NCBI RefSeq assembly: GCF_000328665.1
Contig: NC_019977.1
Coordinates: forward strand, 186,001 to 250,000
DNA from: Methanomethylovorans hollandica DSM 15978
Lineage (GTDB): Archaea; Halobacteriota; Methanosarcinia; Methanosarcinales; Methanosarcinaceae
Length of the DNA: 64,000 nt
Reading direction: 5' to 3'
The notes beneath the pieces were generated by a model. It worked only from the letters and a program-made list of their open reading frames with translations. It searched no databases and had not been told where the DNA came from. Position numbers and translations under genes: made by a program. The number at the start of each line of letters is the position of its first letter. Positions within the stretch are counted from its first letter, which is position 1. Below, one piece after another: positions 10,033 through 18,740 of the stretch.

Positions 10033-11010
10033 ATGATATTCGAGAAGATTCCTACTATCCGTACTTCTGATGAACTAATAGATAAAGCTTTCAGAAGAGG
10101 TGTAAGGGCAGCAACTGGGAAAAAATCAAGTAGCAGGGCAAGCTTCCTTGACTCCCAGGAGTCTATGCTGCTAACTTCAGCAAATATATTGACCGATAAT
10201 CTGGCCAATATCAGCAAAAAATTCCCTAACTTTGATGAGCTGTCTGGCTTTTATTACGAACTTGCAGATATACTTGTAGGGGTGGACAGATTACGTACTT
10301 CCCTTTCCAGAGTAGCATGGACAAGTGAAAAGATACATGATCTCACCAGGGAGTATGTAGGTCGGATGCGTGGTAGCCCAACACCGGAAAACTTACGCAA
10401 ACAATGTTTCGGTCGTATGGGGTCGTTGATGGATTCCATAAGTAAAGAACTTTTACTCTTAAATGAAGCCCGCAATATCCTGCGCAAACTTCCGGATGTC
10501 CATGAAGAGCCAACGATCGTTGTGGCGGGTTATCCCAATACTGGTAAGTCCAGTTTTGTAACAGCAGCAACGAAAGCAACTCCTGAAGTTGCTTCTTATC
10601 CATTTACTACTAAAGGGATATTAATAGGTCACTTTTCAATAGGTGATCAAAGGTATCAGGTTATCGATACGCCTGGTCTTCTGGACAGGCCAATGTCCGA
10701 GAGGAACGATATTGAACTGCAAGCAATTACTGCTTTAAAACATCTGGATGCAGTGGTGCTCTTCCTTATTGATGCAAGCGAGAATTGTGGTTATACCATT
10801 GAGGAACAAAAAAACCTGTTACAGGAAGTAAGAACTCAGTTCGATCTGCCGATACTTGTAGTATCCAACAAATCTGACCTTCCCCATTTTCAGGACTTAG
10901 AGTTCACAGACATGTCCATGTCCACATCTACTGGAGAAGGCATCGAAGAAGTACTAACTACACTTATTGAAATGATCACAGAAAAAAAGAGTGACAGAAT
11001 TGTCGTTTAA
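10033..11010 (+). CDS. NOG1-family GTP-binding protein
   Basis: GYPNTGKS, YPFTT, DTPGLLDRP and NKSD motifs with a helical N-terminal domain. Confidence 0.95.
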   Translation: MIFEKIPTIRTSDELIDKAFRRGVRAATGKKSSSRASFLDSQESMLLTSANILTDNLANISKKFPNFDELSGFYYELADILVGVDRLRTSLSRVAWTSEKIHDLTREYVGRMRGSPTPENLRKQCFGRMGSLMDSISKELLLLNEARNILRKLPDVHEEPTIVVAGYPNTGKSSFVTAATKATPEVASYPFTTKGILIGHFSIGDQRYQVIDTPGLLDRPMSERNDIELQAITALKHLDAVVLFLIDASENCGYTIEEQKNLLQEVRTQFDLPILVVSNKSDLPHFQDLEFTDMSMSTSTGEGIEEVLTTLIEMITEKKSDRIVV

Positions 11011-11034
11011 ATTTAACTTCTACAGCAGAAGTCT

Positions 11035-11065
11035 CCTTCCTCGCTTTCATCAGAAAGCAGGGAGG
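11035..11065. terminator. Hairpin between convergent genes
   Basis: CCTTCCT-C-GCTTTC atca GAAAGC-AGGGAGG. Confidence 0.5.
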
Positions 11066-11071
11066 GGTAGT

Positions 11072-12187
11072 TCACGTAAGCACTTTTTCCATTATTTCCA
11101 ATGCTTTATGGATGCTTGGCATAGATGATGCATAGGATATCCTTATGTGTCCATCGCCTTTTTCTCCAAAAGCTGTGCCTGGCACCACTACCAATCCATT
11201 GGCTATGAGGTCACTGGCTACTTTAGTGCAATCATCCACTTCAGGGAATGCATAAAAAGCTCCTTTAGGAACCACGCATTTAAGTCCCAAGGATCTTAGC
11301 CCGTCTATCAATACGTTCCTACGCCGCAGGAACTCTTCTCTCATCTGGGTCACTGAGTCCTGGGGTCCGGATATGGCTGCAAAAGCTGCTTTCTGTGCAA
11401 TTGAGTTGGCGCATGCCTGCACATACTGATGAACCTTCAGCATCTCTTCCACATATTCTTTCTTAGCGGCCACATATCCTATTCGCCACCCGGTCATAGC
11501 ATATGTTTTGGAAACGGCATTTACAGTTATCACATTGTCCGTGAACCTGGCAGGGCTGACATGCTCTCCTTCATATATAAAATGCTCATAGACTTCGTCA
11601 GAGATTATGGTAACATTCTTGTCATCTGCTATCTCTGCAAAGGCTTTCATATCTTTCTTACTTTGTACTGCACCGGTAGGATTCGCCGGAGAATTGATTA
11701 TCAATGCCTTTGTCTTAGAATTAACTCTCTCCATTATGGTTTCAGGACGAATGGTAAGTTCATCATCCAAGGGAATATTGGATACTTTTCCTCCCATCAT
11801 GTTCACAAGAGCGTTGTAGGACACAAACCCAGGATTTGCTATCATCACTTCATCACCTGGGTTTACAAGAGAGGCGATGGCAAGTTCAAGAGCTTCTGAA
11901 GCTCCGGAAGTGATAATGATCTCTGAAGGATCAACGGCAAAAGAGTTCTCTTTTTTAAACTTCCTGCTCAATTCCTCTCGAAGTTCTGGAATTCCAGGGC
12001 CAGCTGTATATGCGGTGAATCCCGAGTTTATAGCATCGATAGCTGCTTGTTTGATGTGTTGTGGTGTATCGAAATCAGGCTGTCCAAGTCCGAGATTTAT
12101 CGCATCTGAACCCGCAGCTTCGAACATCTTCCTTATCCCTGATATGTTCATATTGAGGACCCTGTCAGCAAACTTTGACCCAGACAT
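11072..12187 (-). CDS. PLP-dependent class I/II aminotransferase (aspartate aminotransferase-like)
   Basis: GQPDF, NSPANPTG, SDEVY and SKTYAMTGWRIG motifs. Confidence 0.95.
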   Translation of the reverse strand: MSGSKFADRVLNMNISGIRKMFEAAGSDAINLGLGQPDFDTPQHIKQAAIDAINSGFTAYTAGPGIPELREELSRKFKKENSFAVDPSEIIITSGASEALELAIASLVNPGDEVMIANPGFVSYNALVNMMGGKVSNIPLDDELTIRPETIMERVNSKTKALIINSPANPTGAVQSKKDMKAFAEIADDKNVTIISDEVYEHFIYEGEHVSPARFTDNVITVNAVSKTYAMTGWRIGYVAAKKEYVEEMLKVHQYVQACANSIAQKAAFAAISGPQDSVTQMREEFLRRRNVLIDGLRSLGLKCVVPKGAFYAFPEVDDCTKVASDLIANGLVVVPGTAFGEKGDGHIRISYASSMPSIHKALEIMEKVLT

Positions 12188-12200
12188 ATTCTTCCATCCT

Positions 12201-12815
12201 TTATTCCAGTTTATTATGTCTTGATTTGAGGTCCTCTTCAGAAGCACCTGTTATATGGATCAGTTCTGCTATGATCCCATCGAGGAAAACAGTTGCAGAT
12301 GTCTCAAACGATGTGCCAAGGGGTGTAAGGTATGCGAACTCTCCTTTCAGATGTCTTTCAACATACTCGCCGGCATCTTCCTTTGTTCTTCCTGCTATCT
12401 TCACTACAGTATCGGATATTTTTCCTAACGCCGAATCCTCGTTAGAAGTAATAGTGATGAGTTTAGCACCTATCTCTTTTGTGGTCTTTCCCAGGTTAGC
12501 CATAGAAATTGTCTGCCCAGAGCCAGATATGGCAACGACCACATCTTCTTTTGTCACTGCAGGTGTTGTTGACTCTCCTACTACATAAGCTGTAAATCCA
12601 AGGTGCATAAGCCTCATAGCAAAGGCTCTTCCTACAAGCCCAGATCTGCCAGCTCCCATAACAAATATTGCTCGCGCATTTACTATATGCTCGAGCATTT
12701 CTTTGATTCTTTGTTGGTTAAGTTCAGTCACTACCTTCTGAAGATGTTTTGTCATCATCTCCATTGATGAAATCAAATACTTGCATCCAGTTACTTCTAA
12801 TCTTTTTTGTATCAT
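12201..12815 (-). CDS. hxlB: 6-phospho-3-hexuloisomerase (SIS domain)
   Basis: GAGRSG, AMRLMHLG, ISGSG, PLGTSFE and RHNKLE motifs. Confidence 0.93.
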   Translation of the reverse strand: MIQKRLEVTGCKYLISSMEMMTKHLQKVVTELNQQRIKEMLEHIVNARAIFVMGAGRSGLVGRAFAMRLMHLGFTAYVVGESTTPAVTKEDVVVAISGSGQTISMANLGKTTKEIGAKLITITSNEDSALGKISDTVVKIAGRTKEDAGEYVERHLKGEFAYLTPLGTSFETSATVFLDGIIAELIHITGASEEDLKSRHNKLE

Positions 12816-12834
12816 TTTCTTGCTTCCTTTGTGC

Positions 12835-13362
12835 TTAGAAATTTGATGTATTCCTGCTCTCATCCTTATAGGTTATATTTTTCAGTTTCCATTCCTCTAT
12901 GTTGCACAGTTCCTGATACAATCTCATAATATTGGCATAATCGCCTGCCCAGTATATATCAATGAGTACATTTGTTTCTTTCAGCTCTTTAAATATAGAA
13001 TCTGCCAGATATATCAGTGCCTGATTACTTAAGAAGGGGACATTAAAAGTTGCCCGATACCCCCCTTCAAATTTAGCATAGGATATCAATACATATCCAT
13101 AACTTTCATAAACAGTGATGTCCTCAAAGCTGCAAATTATCTCTTTTTCGTGGACTGCTAGCTTGTCAACATTAGATATACACGTGAGAACTTTCCAGAT
13201 TACTGTCCCAGGAGCAGTTCTCCCAAACCATACTGATATTTTTCCATAACTACACACCACATTAATGTCATCCCTACCCATTTCCATGGTACAGAGTGAT
13301 TGAGTAGGAGATATTGTTATTCTACTATTATCTGCAGGTTCCATCTTGGTCACAGTTTGCAT
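12835..13362 (-). CDS. Hypothetical protein (175 aa) downstream of oapB
   Basis: Clean ORF packed in the operon; family not recognised. Confidence 0.75.
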   Translation of the reverse strand: MQTVTKMEPADNSRITISPTQSLCTMEMGRDDINVVCSYGKISVWFGRTAPGTVIWKVLTCISNVDKLAVHEKEIICSFEDITVYESYGYVLISYAKFEGGYRATFNVPFLSNQALIYLADSIFKELKETNVLIDIYWAGDYANIMRLYQELCNIEEWKLKNITYKDESRNTSNF

Positions 13363-13375
13363 CTATCATCAGCTC

Positions 13376-13747
13376 TCATTTATGAGCTGATAGGAGTGCA
13401 CTAATCATATTTCGATCTTTTTTAAGTGTTTTAAGCTGATCTGCGGGTCCAACTACTGTAAGCCTTGTGCGGACAGTGTGCTTCTTAAGTAGCTTTCCAA
13501 ATATTGAGGTGTCATCTTTTGATGGATAACTCTCCATCTCTATTCCTGTGAATCCGTCCGGATCAATCAGGGTCATTGTCATTTCTATGAGGCTTGCCTC
13601 CTCTTCAGGTGTTAGACCTTTTTCCAGGACAAGGATCTTGCCGCTTCTGACCTCATCGATAATGAATCTAACTTTCTCAACCGGGGCCATCTCAGCCAGT
13701 TTTTCTTCAGATATAAGGTCCATCTGGATTCCCTGCATTTGCATCAC
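13376..13747 (-). CDS. oapB: DUF2073 protein (OapB-like)
   Basis: LVLEKGLTPEEEASLIE...GIEMESYP...LTVVGPA; overlaps the stop of the GTPase gene. Confidence 0.8.
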   Translation of the reverse strand: MMQMQGIQMDLISEEKLAEMAPVEKVRFIIDEVRSGKILVLEKGLTPEEEASLIEMTMTLIDPDGFTGIEMESYPSKDDTSIFGKLLKKHTVRTRLTVVGPADQLKTLKKDRNMISALLSAHK

Positions 13748-14379
13748 CCAAACCTTTTTGCAATCTCTTCATAGAGGTTGTCTATATTCTTTCCTTCAAG
13801 TGCTGATATGGCTACCATGGGGTGCTGAGGGAATGCATCTCTTATAGTGGACGGGGACGATTCAGGGAGATCTATCTTATTGGCAGCTATTAAAAGGGGT
13901 AACTTCCTTGCTTCCATATTGCCTATCACTGTGACGTTTACCTGGGTGTACGGGTCTTCGGTGGCATCCATCACAAGTATGACGCCGTCAAGATTGTCAA
14001 GCCATTTCACCGCTTCAATAACTCCCTCAGTTGCTTCTTTTGCTCTCCTTTTTGCCTCGTTTTCTTCCATTCCATGTTCCATAAACTCATGAAAATCTAT
14101 TTTAGTGGCAAGACCCGGTGTGTCTATTATATCGAGGGTTATAGAATGCCCATTTGCCTTGATCGTCACACCTTCGCGGCGCCTTGCACGGCGGGTTTCA
14201 TGTGCTATATGGGACACAGAACCCATTGCATCTCCTGTCCAGTCGCGCAGAATGCGATTTGCAAGTGTAGTCTTTCCGGCGTTAGGCGGACCATAAATGC
14301 CTATACGTGCATTCTTTTTTCTAAATACCTTTTTAAAAAAGTCAGAGAAATTCTGCTTGAATGATGTAATTACGCCCAT
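13744..14379 (-). CDS. oapA: Era-like small GTP-binding protein (OapA-like)
   Basis: GIYGPPNAGKTTLANRI, HETRR, DTPG and ANKID motifs. Confidence 0.85.
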   Translation of the reverse strand: MGVITSFKQNFSDFFKKVFRKKNARIGIYGPPNAGKTTLANRILRDWTGDAMGSVSHIAHETRRARRREGVTIKANGHSITLDIIDTPGLATKIDFHEFMEHGMEENEAKRRAKEATEGVIEAVKWLDNLDGVILVMDATEDPYTQVNVTVIGNMEARKLPLLIAANKIDLPESSPSTIRDAFPQHPMVAISALEGKNIDNLYEEIAKRFG

Positions 14380-14484
14380 TTATTCCCTCCTGGAAATCCA
14401 GCTCATGAAACTTGAAATGTTATTTTTCTATAATAATCCTTTGATTTATAAAAATCATATATTCTGGTTCTGTTTTTGTACTTC

Positions 14485-15486
14485 TCATTCATGTGAGGCA
14501 GCCATAGCTGAATTTATGGCTATTTCTGCTATGTTAGCTCCGTAATCGCCAGTCCTCTCTATACTGTCCATAACAATGCCTAATGCAACAATTGCTTCAT
14601 TGGATTCTATCTTCAAAATGTACTGATCAAGCTTATTTATCTTTAACTTCAGTGCATGTTCTCTTTCTATCACTTCATTTGCCAGTTCAGCATCGTGGTT
14701 ATAGAGGGATTCAATGGCATCTTCAACTATCTGACGGGTTGCCTCAGTAGCTTTTTCTATCATTCCCATTATATTGTCTGGAATCATATAGTCCATATGC
14801 ATTGCCATATTAGCTATCTTCTGTGCATGATCTGCAATGCGCTCAAGCGGGCCTGCAGCCATGCGAAGGTCGTGATATTCATCTATTGATGTTTCAGAAG
14901 TGTCGGGAAGCTTTGTGCCTTTAAGTACTGCACGGAATTGTTTTGATGTCAGAAGGAATAACCTGTCAACATCATCATCTCTTTGTATCACGTCAAGTGC
15001 CAGGTCCTTATCATTGGTCTTAAGTGCTCTGATAGCATCTTTTTGCATAGAGTTGGATAAAAGGAACATTCTTCTAACGCTCTTTTTAATTGATATCTCA
15101 TTGGGATTAAGCAGATCCTTTATAACAACTTTTTTTCCAGTTTCTTCAATTATCTCGGGCCCGATTAATTTGTAACACATCTCTCTTATGATGTTCTTTT
15201 GTTCAGCCAGCATTCTCTCTGACTTTATTTCTAATATGTCCGCCCCTACCAGGTAGGCTGCTATGATATCTCTTATCAGGATATCTCCCATCCGGTCAGT
15301 TACATCAAGCTGTGTCTTTTTTATTGGTGGAGTATCCTGGATGGGGTCTATCACGAGCTTACCGTCCGGTTGTGGTGAAAGTGAGAGACGGCTTCCAGTC
15401 CTTATGCCCACTTTGTCTGCCCATTGCTTTGGCAACGAAATTATGTAGGTTGACCCACCGGTTTGTTGCACCTTTCTTATCTCTAT
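14485..15486 (-). CDS. Phosphate uptake regulator: AbrB-type N-terminal domain plus two PhoU domains
   Basis: RKVQQTGGSTYIISLPKQW AbrB motif; PhoU repeats (LERIADHA, IERTGDYG). Likely ATA start at 15486. Confidence 0.92.
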   Translation of the reverse strand: MEIRKVQQTGGSTYIISLPKQWADKVGIRTGSRLSLSPQPDGKLVIDPIQDTPPIKKTQLDVTDRMGDILIRDIIAAYLVGADILEIKSERMLAEQKNIIREMCYKLIGPEIIEETGKKVVIKDLLNPNEISIKKSVRRMFLLSNSMQKDAIRALKTNDKDLALDVIQRDDDVDRLFLLTSKQFRAVLKGTKLPDTSETSIDEYHDLRMAAGPLERIADHAQKIANMAMHMDYMIPDNIMGMIEKATEATRQIVEDAIESLYNHDAELANEVIEREHALKLKINKLDQYILKIESNEAIVALGIVMDSIERTGDYGANIAEIAINSAMAASHE

Positions 15487-15851
15487 AACAATCCCTCATT
15501 TAGTCAGGTTTATAGGATATATAGAAATTAGTTTTGTATATATACATTTGTCCAGTACAAGCAATCTATTATATATCTCCTTGTATTCTTTTAGTTTCTC
15601 AATAGCCTGCCCATAAACTCTTATGACTATGTTCTTCGTAGAAAGATCATGCCCTGGATATGCATCATTGTTTCATCGGAATTTTTTTACAGTTCAGGTT
15701 GGGGCATTGATCTGTGTGGGAGTTTTGATCAATGAGTTTTCCAGGGAGTATATCAATAAAAATTGATGTATCTGGCAGCTACTTCTATTGTGCCAGCCGA
15801 CATATTAAATAGGTACTAAAGCACCTTTGTCCATTACTCATTGGTGAAGGT

Positions 15852-16523
15852 ATGAATATGAACAGCAAGATCATAGAAGGTGTAGAGATTACTTGGCTTG
15901 AGAATGCTTGTTTCAGGCTTCGTGGGGAAAATGTAACTATATATTTGGACCCACATGGTTTATCAGGCAATTTTCCTCTTGAAGATATGGCAGATATCAT
16001 CCTTCTTACCAGCGAGCATCCTCGAAGCTTTGATCCGGACTCCATACGTATTGTAAGGAACAGCAACACAACCACGCTGTTACCAGAGAATATAACCCTT
16101 CAATTCAGGGGTGATGCAAGACGTGTTGAAGCAGGGGATGAACTGGTAGATGATCTCTGTATCAAAGGCATTTCTATAGAAGTAGTGCCTTCCTATAGGC
16201 CGGATGCTACGGAAGGAGCAGGTGTCGGCTATATCATAACCATTGGTGGTAAAAGAATATATTATGCAGGCTTTACAGGTTTTATCCCTGAGATGCAGAC
16301 AATTTCAGCAGATATTGCCATGCTTCAGATTGGTGAGTGCACCATGAATCAAGAACAAGCCACAAAAGCTGTATCTATGATCTCACCTCAAATTGTCATT
16401 CCTGTATACTATAAATGCGCAGATATTCCTGATGCTAATATAGCTGCTAATATACAGACTTTCAAAGAAAGTGTATCGACAAAAGTTCCCCATGTAGAAG
16501 TGCTGTCTTTTCAAGAGTTCTAA
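15852..16523 (+). CDS. Metallo-beta-lactamase-fold protein with a degenerate metal site
   Basis: Fold pattern ITWL..ACFRL...IYLDP...ADIILLT, GYIITIGGKRIYYAG; HxHxDH is replaced by SEHPRS. Confidence 0.8.
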   Translation: MNMNSKIIEGVEITWLENACFRLRGENVTIYLDPHGLSGNFPLEDMADIILLTSEHPRSFDPDSIRIVRNSNTTTLLPENITLQFRGDARRVEAGDELVDDLCIKGISIEVVPSYRPDATEGAGVGYIITIGGKRIYYAGFTGFIPEMQTISADIAMLQIGECTMNQEQATKAVSMISPQIVIPVYYKCADIPDANIAANIQTFKESVSTKVPHVEVLSFQEF

Positions 16524-16537
16524 TTTGGTATTGCAGC

Positions 16538-16888
16538 ATGTCCCGTTTTAAACAAAAAGGTAAGAATCTTGCAAAGGAACTGGCCATGGAACGTATTCAA
16601 AGGCTCTTTGAATTGGCGGATGCGGAGCACAGTTCAAACCCAGCAAGGAGCGATGCATATGTTTCGCTTGCAAGGAAGGTTGGAATGCGTTATCTTGTGA
16701 GATTCCCTCGGGAGTTGAAGGTACGATATTGTAAAAAATGTGGAAGTTATCTTGTTCCTGGTAATAATTGCAGGATACGTCTCAAAGGAAGATATATCGC
16801 AATAACCTGCCTAAAATGCGGTGGTATCAAACGTTATATCTACCACTCTGCCATAGCTTCAGAGCCTTCAGCTGATAAATCGGTTTAA
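16538..16888 (+). CDS. rnp4: Ribonuclease P protein component 4 (Rpp21)
   Basis: AMERIQRLF, YCKKCGSYLVPG and TCLKCG zinc ribbon. Confidence 0.93.
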   Translation: MSRFKQKGKNLAKELAMERIQRLFELADAEHSSNPARSDAYVSLARKVGMRYLVRFPRELKVRYCKKCGSYLVPGNNCRIRLKGRYIAITCLKCGGIKRYIYHSAIASEPSADKSV

Positions 16889-17110
16889 CAAATGTACGAT
16901 CAAATAGGTAGTAATGAATATTATAAGGCCCATAATAGTATATAATAAGATATTTCTATATACCACCTTTTTCTCGGATCCCGGATAAATGCCCATTCCT
17001 CCCCCTTTACAGCTCTTTGAACCGCATCCGCTACATCCTGTAGCAGGATTATCAGCTATTGTTTTCTTCTCTTTTCGGACCATATGAAGAATGACCTTTT
17101 TTTCTGTCAT
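16868..17110 (-). CDS. Small Cys-rich protein with a C-terminal transmembrane helix
   Basis: GCSGCGSKSC motif, hydrophobic C-terminus and a TATA-like element upstream; start may be 17083. Confidence 0.6.
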   Translation of the reverse strand: MTEKKVILHMVRKEKKTIADNPATGCSGCGSKSCKGGGMGIYPGSEKKVVYRNILLYTIMGLIIFITTYLIVHLLNRFIS

Positions 17111-17148
17111 ATTCTCATATCCAGTAAGGTATATATCATAAAATTAAG

Positions 17149-17233
17149 CGACGAGAGGGGGATTCGAACCCCCGAGGTGCGTAGCACCACAGGATTAGCA
17201 ATCCTGCGCCATACCGGGCTTGGCTATCTCGTC
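17149..17233 (-). tRNA. tRNA-Ser(GCT)
   Basis: Cloverleaf GACGAGA...CAGGA TT GCT AA TCCTG, long variable arm, GGTTCGAATCC T-arm. Confidence 0.96.
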
Positions 17234-17303
17234 ATGAAAAATGAACTGTTTTCCCGACTTCCGTTCCTAATGTTATCCACGTATTTAACGTTTTTCCATA
17301 AAG

Positions 17304-17618
17304 TGGCAGGCATGCCTCAGGTTGCTATCATTCACATACACAAATGGTCTGCAGCCTCGCCTCCACCCCGCAACCCTACAAGCGACGGTTGTTCATGGTT
17401 GGTCTGCTCCCTTCCGGGCCTGGACTGGTCCCCACGATCAAGATAGAAAGACATGTTCTCCAACAAGCCCTTAAATCAACATCATCCAAGCAGGACGGAG
17501 TTTCTCAGTTGAAACCACAGGTTTGGGGATGATCCAGACATCTTCCATCGGCTTCGTCCCCCGCATATCGGCGATTTCGGGTTATAGATGACGCCGGACT
17601 ATCCGGACTAGCCTGCCA
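17304..17618 (-). ncRNA. ffs: Archaeal SRP (7S) RNA
   Basis: Helix-8 signature CCAGGCCCGGAAGGGAGCAG, complementary ends TGGCAGGC/GCCTGCCA, length about 315 nt, upstream of tRNA-Ser. Confidence 0.93.
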
Positions 17619-17759
17619 AGGACTAATAATATGTAGGTACTAATAAACCTATTCCCTCCATAAAATGAATAATGATAGAAACACTTTAAATCAGAGTATC
17701 TACATAGAAGTGATTGTATCAAGTACAGAATATAACAATGTAAGGAAAGGGGTTGAACA

Positions 17760-17999
17760 ATGGAAGAACTTGTCGGATTTGTTACTGGTAATAATAACAG
17801 GAAGAAGCTACTATCTCTTCTCGGATCAAAAAAAGAGATGGACTCAGAACGCATAGCAAAGACAATGCATATTTTCCGTCCATCTGTGGATAAGATCATT
17901 GAAGAACTGGTAGAAAAAGAACTTGTGGAAAAACAGGGAGCTAATTACAAGCTTACCGACCTGGGTGCAACAGTAGAAAGGACGATCCAGAATATCTAG
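17760..17999 (+). CDS. Small winged-helix DNA-binding protein
   Basis: RKKLLSLL...SERIAKTMHIFRPSVDKIIEELVEKELVEK...YKLTDLG pattern. Confidence 0.85.
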   Translation: MEELVGFVTGNNNRKKLLSLLGSKKEMDSERIAKTMHIFRPSVDKIIEELVEKELVEKQGANYKLTDLGATVERTIQNI

Positions 18000-18008
18000 A
18001 TACTGGCT

Positions 18009-18443
18009 TTACAGGAGGGTACAATCTTTTATTTTGATACCCCTTTCTGTGATCGCATATTCAGTAGAGTTGAGTCTGTGTTGCGTACCTTTGCTCTTTG
18101 ATACGCACATATATCTTCTTTCTGCTTCTGAATTCCTTAATATGATTATGTTGTCCATCAGGAATTCTGCATCCATTCTGGTATTTTCCGTAATGGTACT
18201 GGAAGATCTGGGGGTTGTGAATACTGATGTAATATTTTTCTTCTTCAGATACTTGAGCAGGGAATAAGGGTACCTTCTTAATTGTAACTGATCAGGCAGC
18301 ATCATTTCAAGATTGAATATACCGTCAAAAAACAATCTTCTGGCATTTATTCTCTTTATATTCTCCTTGATCAAGGTGTCATGTTCCTAAGGCCACATGC
18401 TGTCTGGATCTAGAGATATGATATTCAGGTTTCTCTTCAACAT
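18009..18443 (-). pseudogene. Decayed KaiC/RAD55-family ATPase (C-terminal fragment)
   Basis: Retains RRLFFDGI, EFLMDNIIIL and VSKSKGTQH...YAITERGI; in-frame TAG at 18387-18389; no Walker A upstream. Confidence 0.7.
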
Positions 18444-18740
18444 CGTGTGGGTAATTGCAGCACCAGTACATCACCAACCTCCCATAAAATAACAATTCAC
18501 TGTATACAAGTATCTACTGAAATTAGGAATCCACATCATGTGACATAGTTGTAAAGACTGCCAAGACCTGTTCAGTAAGTCAGAACACGCTTTTGCTCCA
18601 AATACCTTACGAATTTACCCACTCAATGTTGTGGAGATCCATATTTTTAAAGTTCTTAATAATAATCAGTTGAATAAAAGTCTCTTTTTATGGCTAAATG
18701 ATATGATAAATATATGTAATTGTAAGTAATATGAGAATGC

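Noticed and set aside
14385..14420. Mini-ORB-like words (TCCAG..GAAA, ACTTGAAAT) upstream of oapA
   Set aside because: Poor match, not repeated, no G-string, and the intergenic region is only about 100 nt
15623..15766. 47-codon plus-strand ORF in the regulator/MBL intergenic region
   Set aside because: No SD or recognisable motif; cannot be supported
17084..17532. Plus-strand ORFs 17084-17446 and 17344-17532; the structured RNA was first considered as RNase P RNA because of the nearby rnp4
   Set aside because: The ORFs are antisense to tRNA-Ser and SRP RNA, and the helix-8 motif identifies SRP RNA
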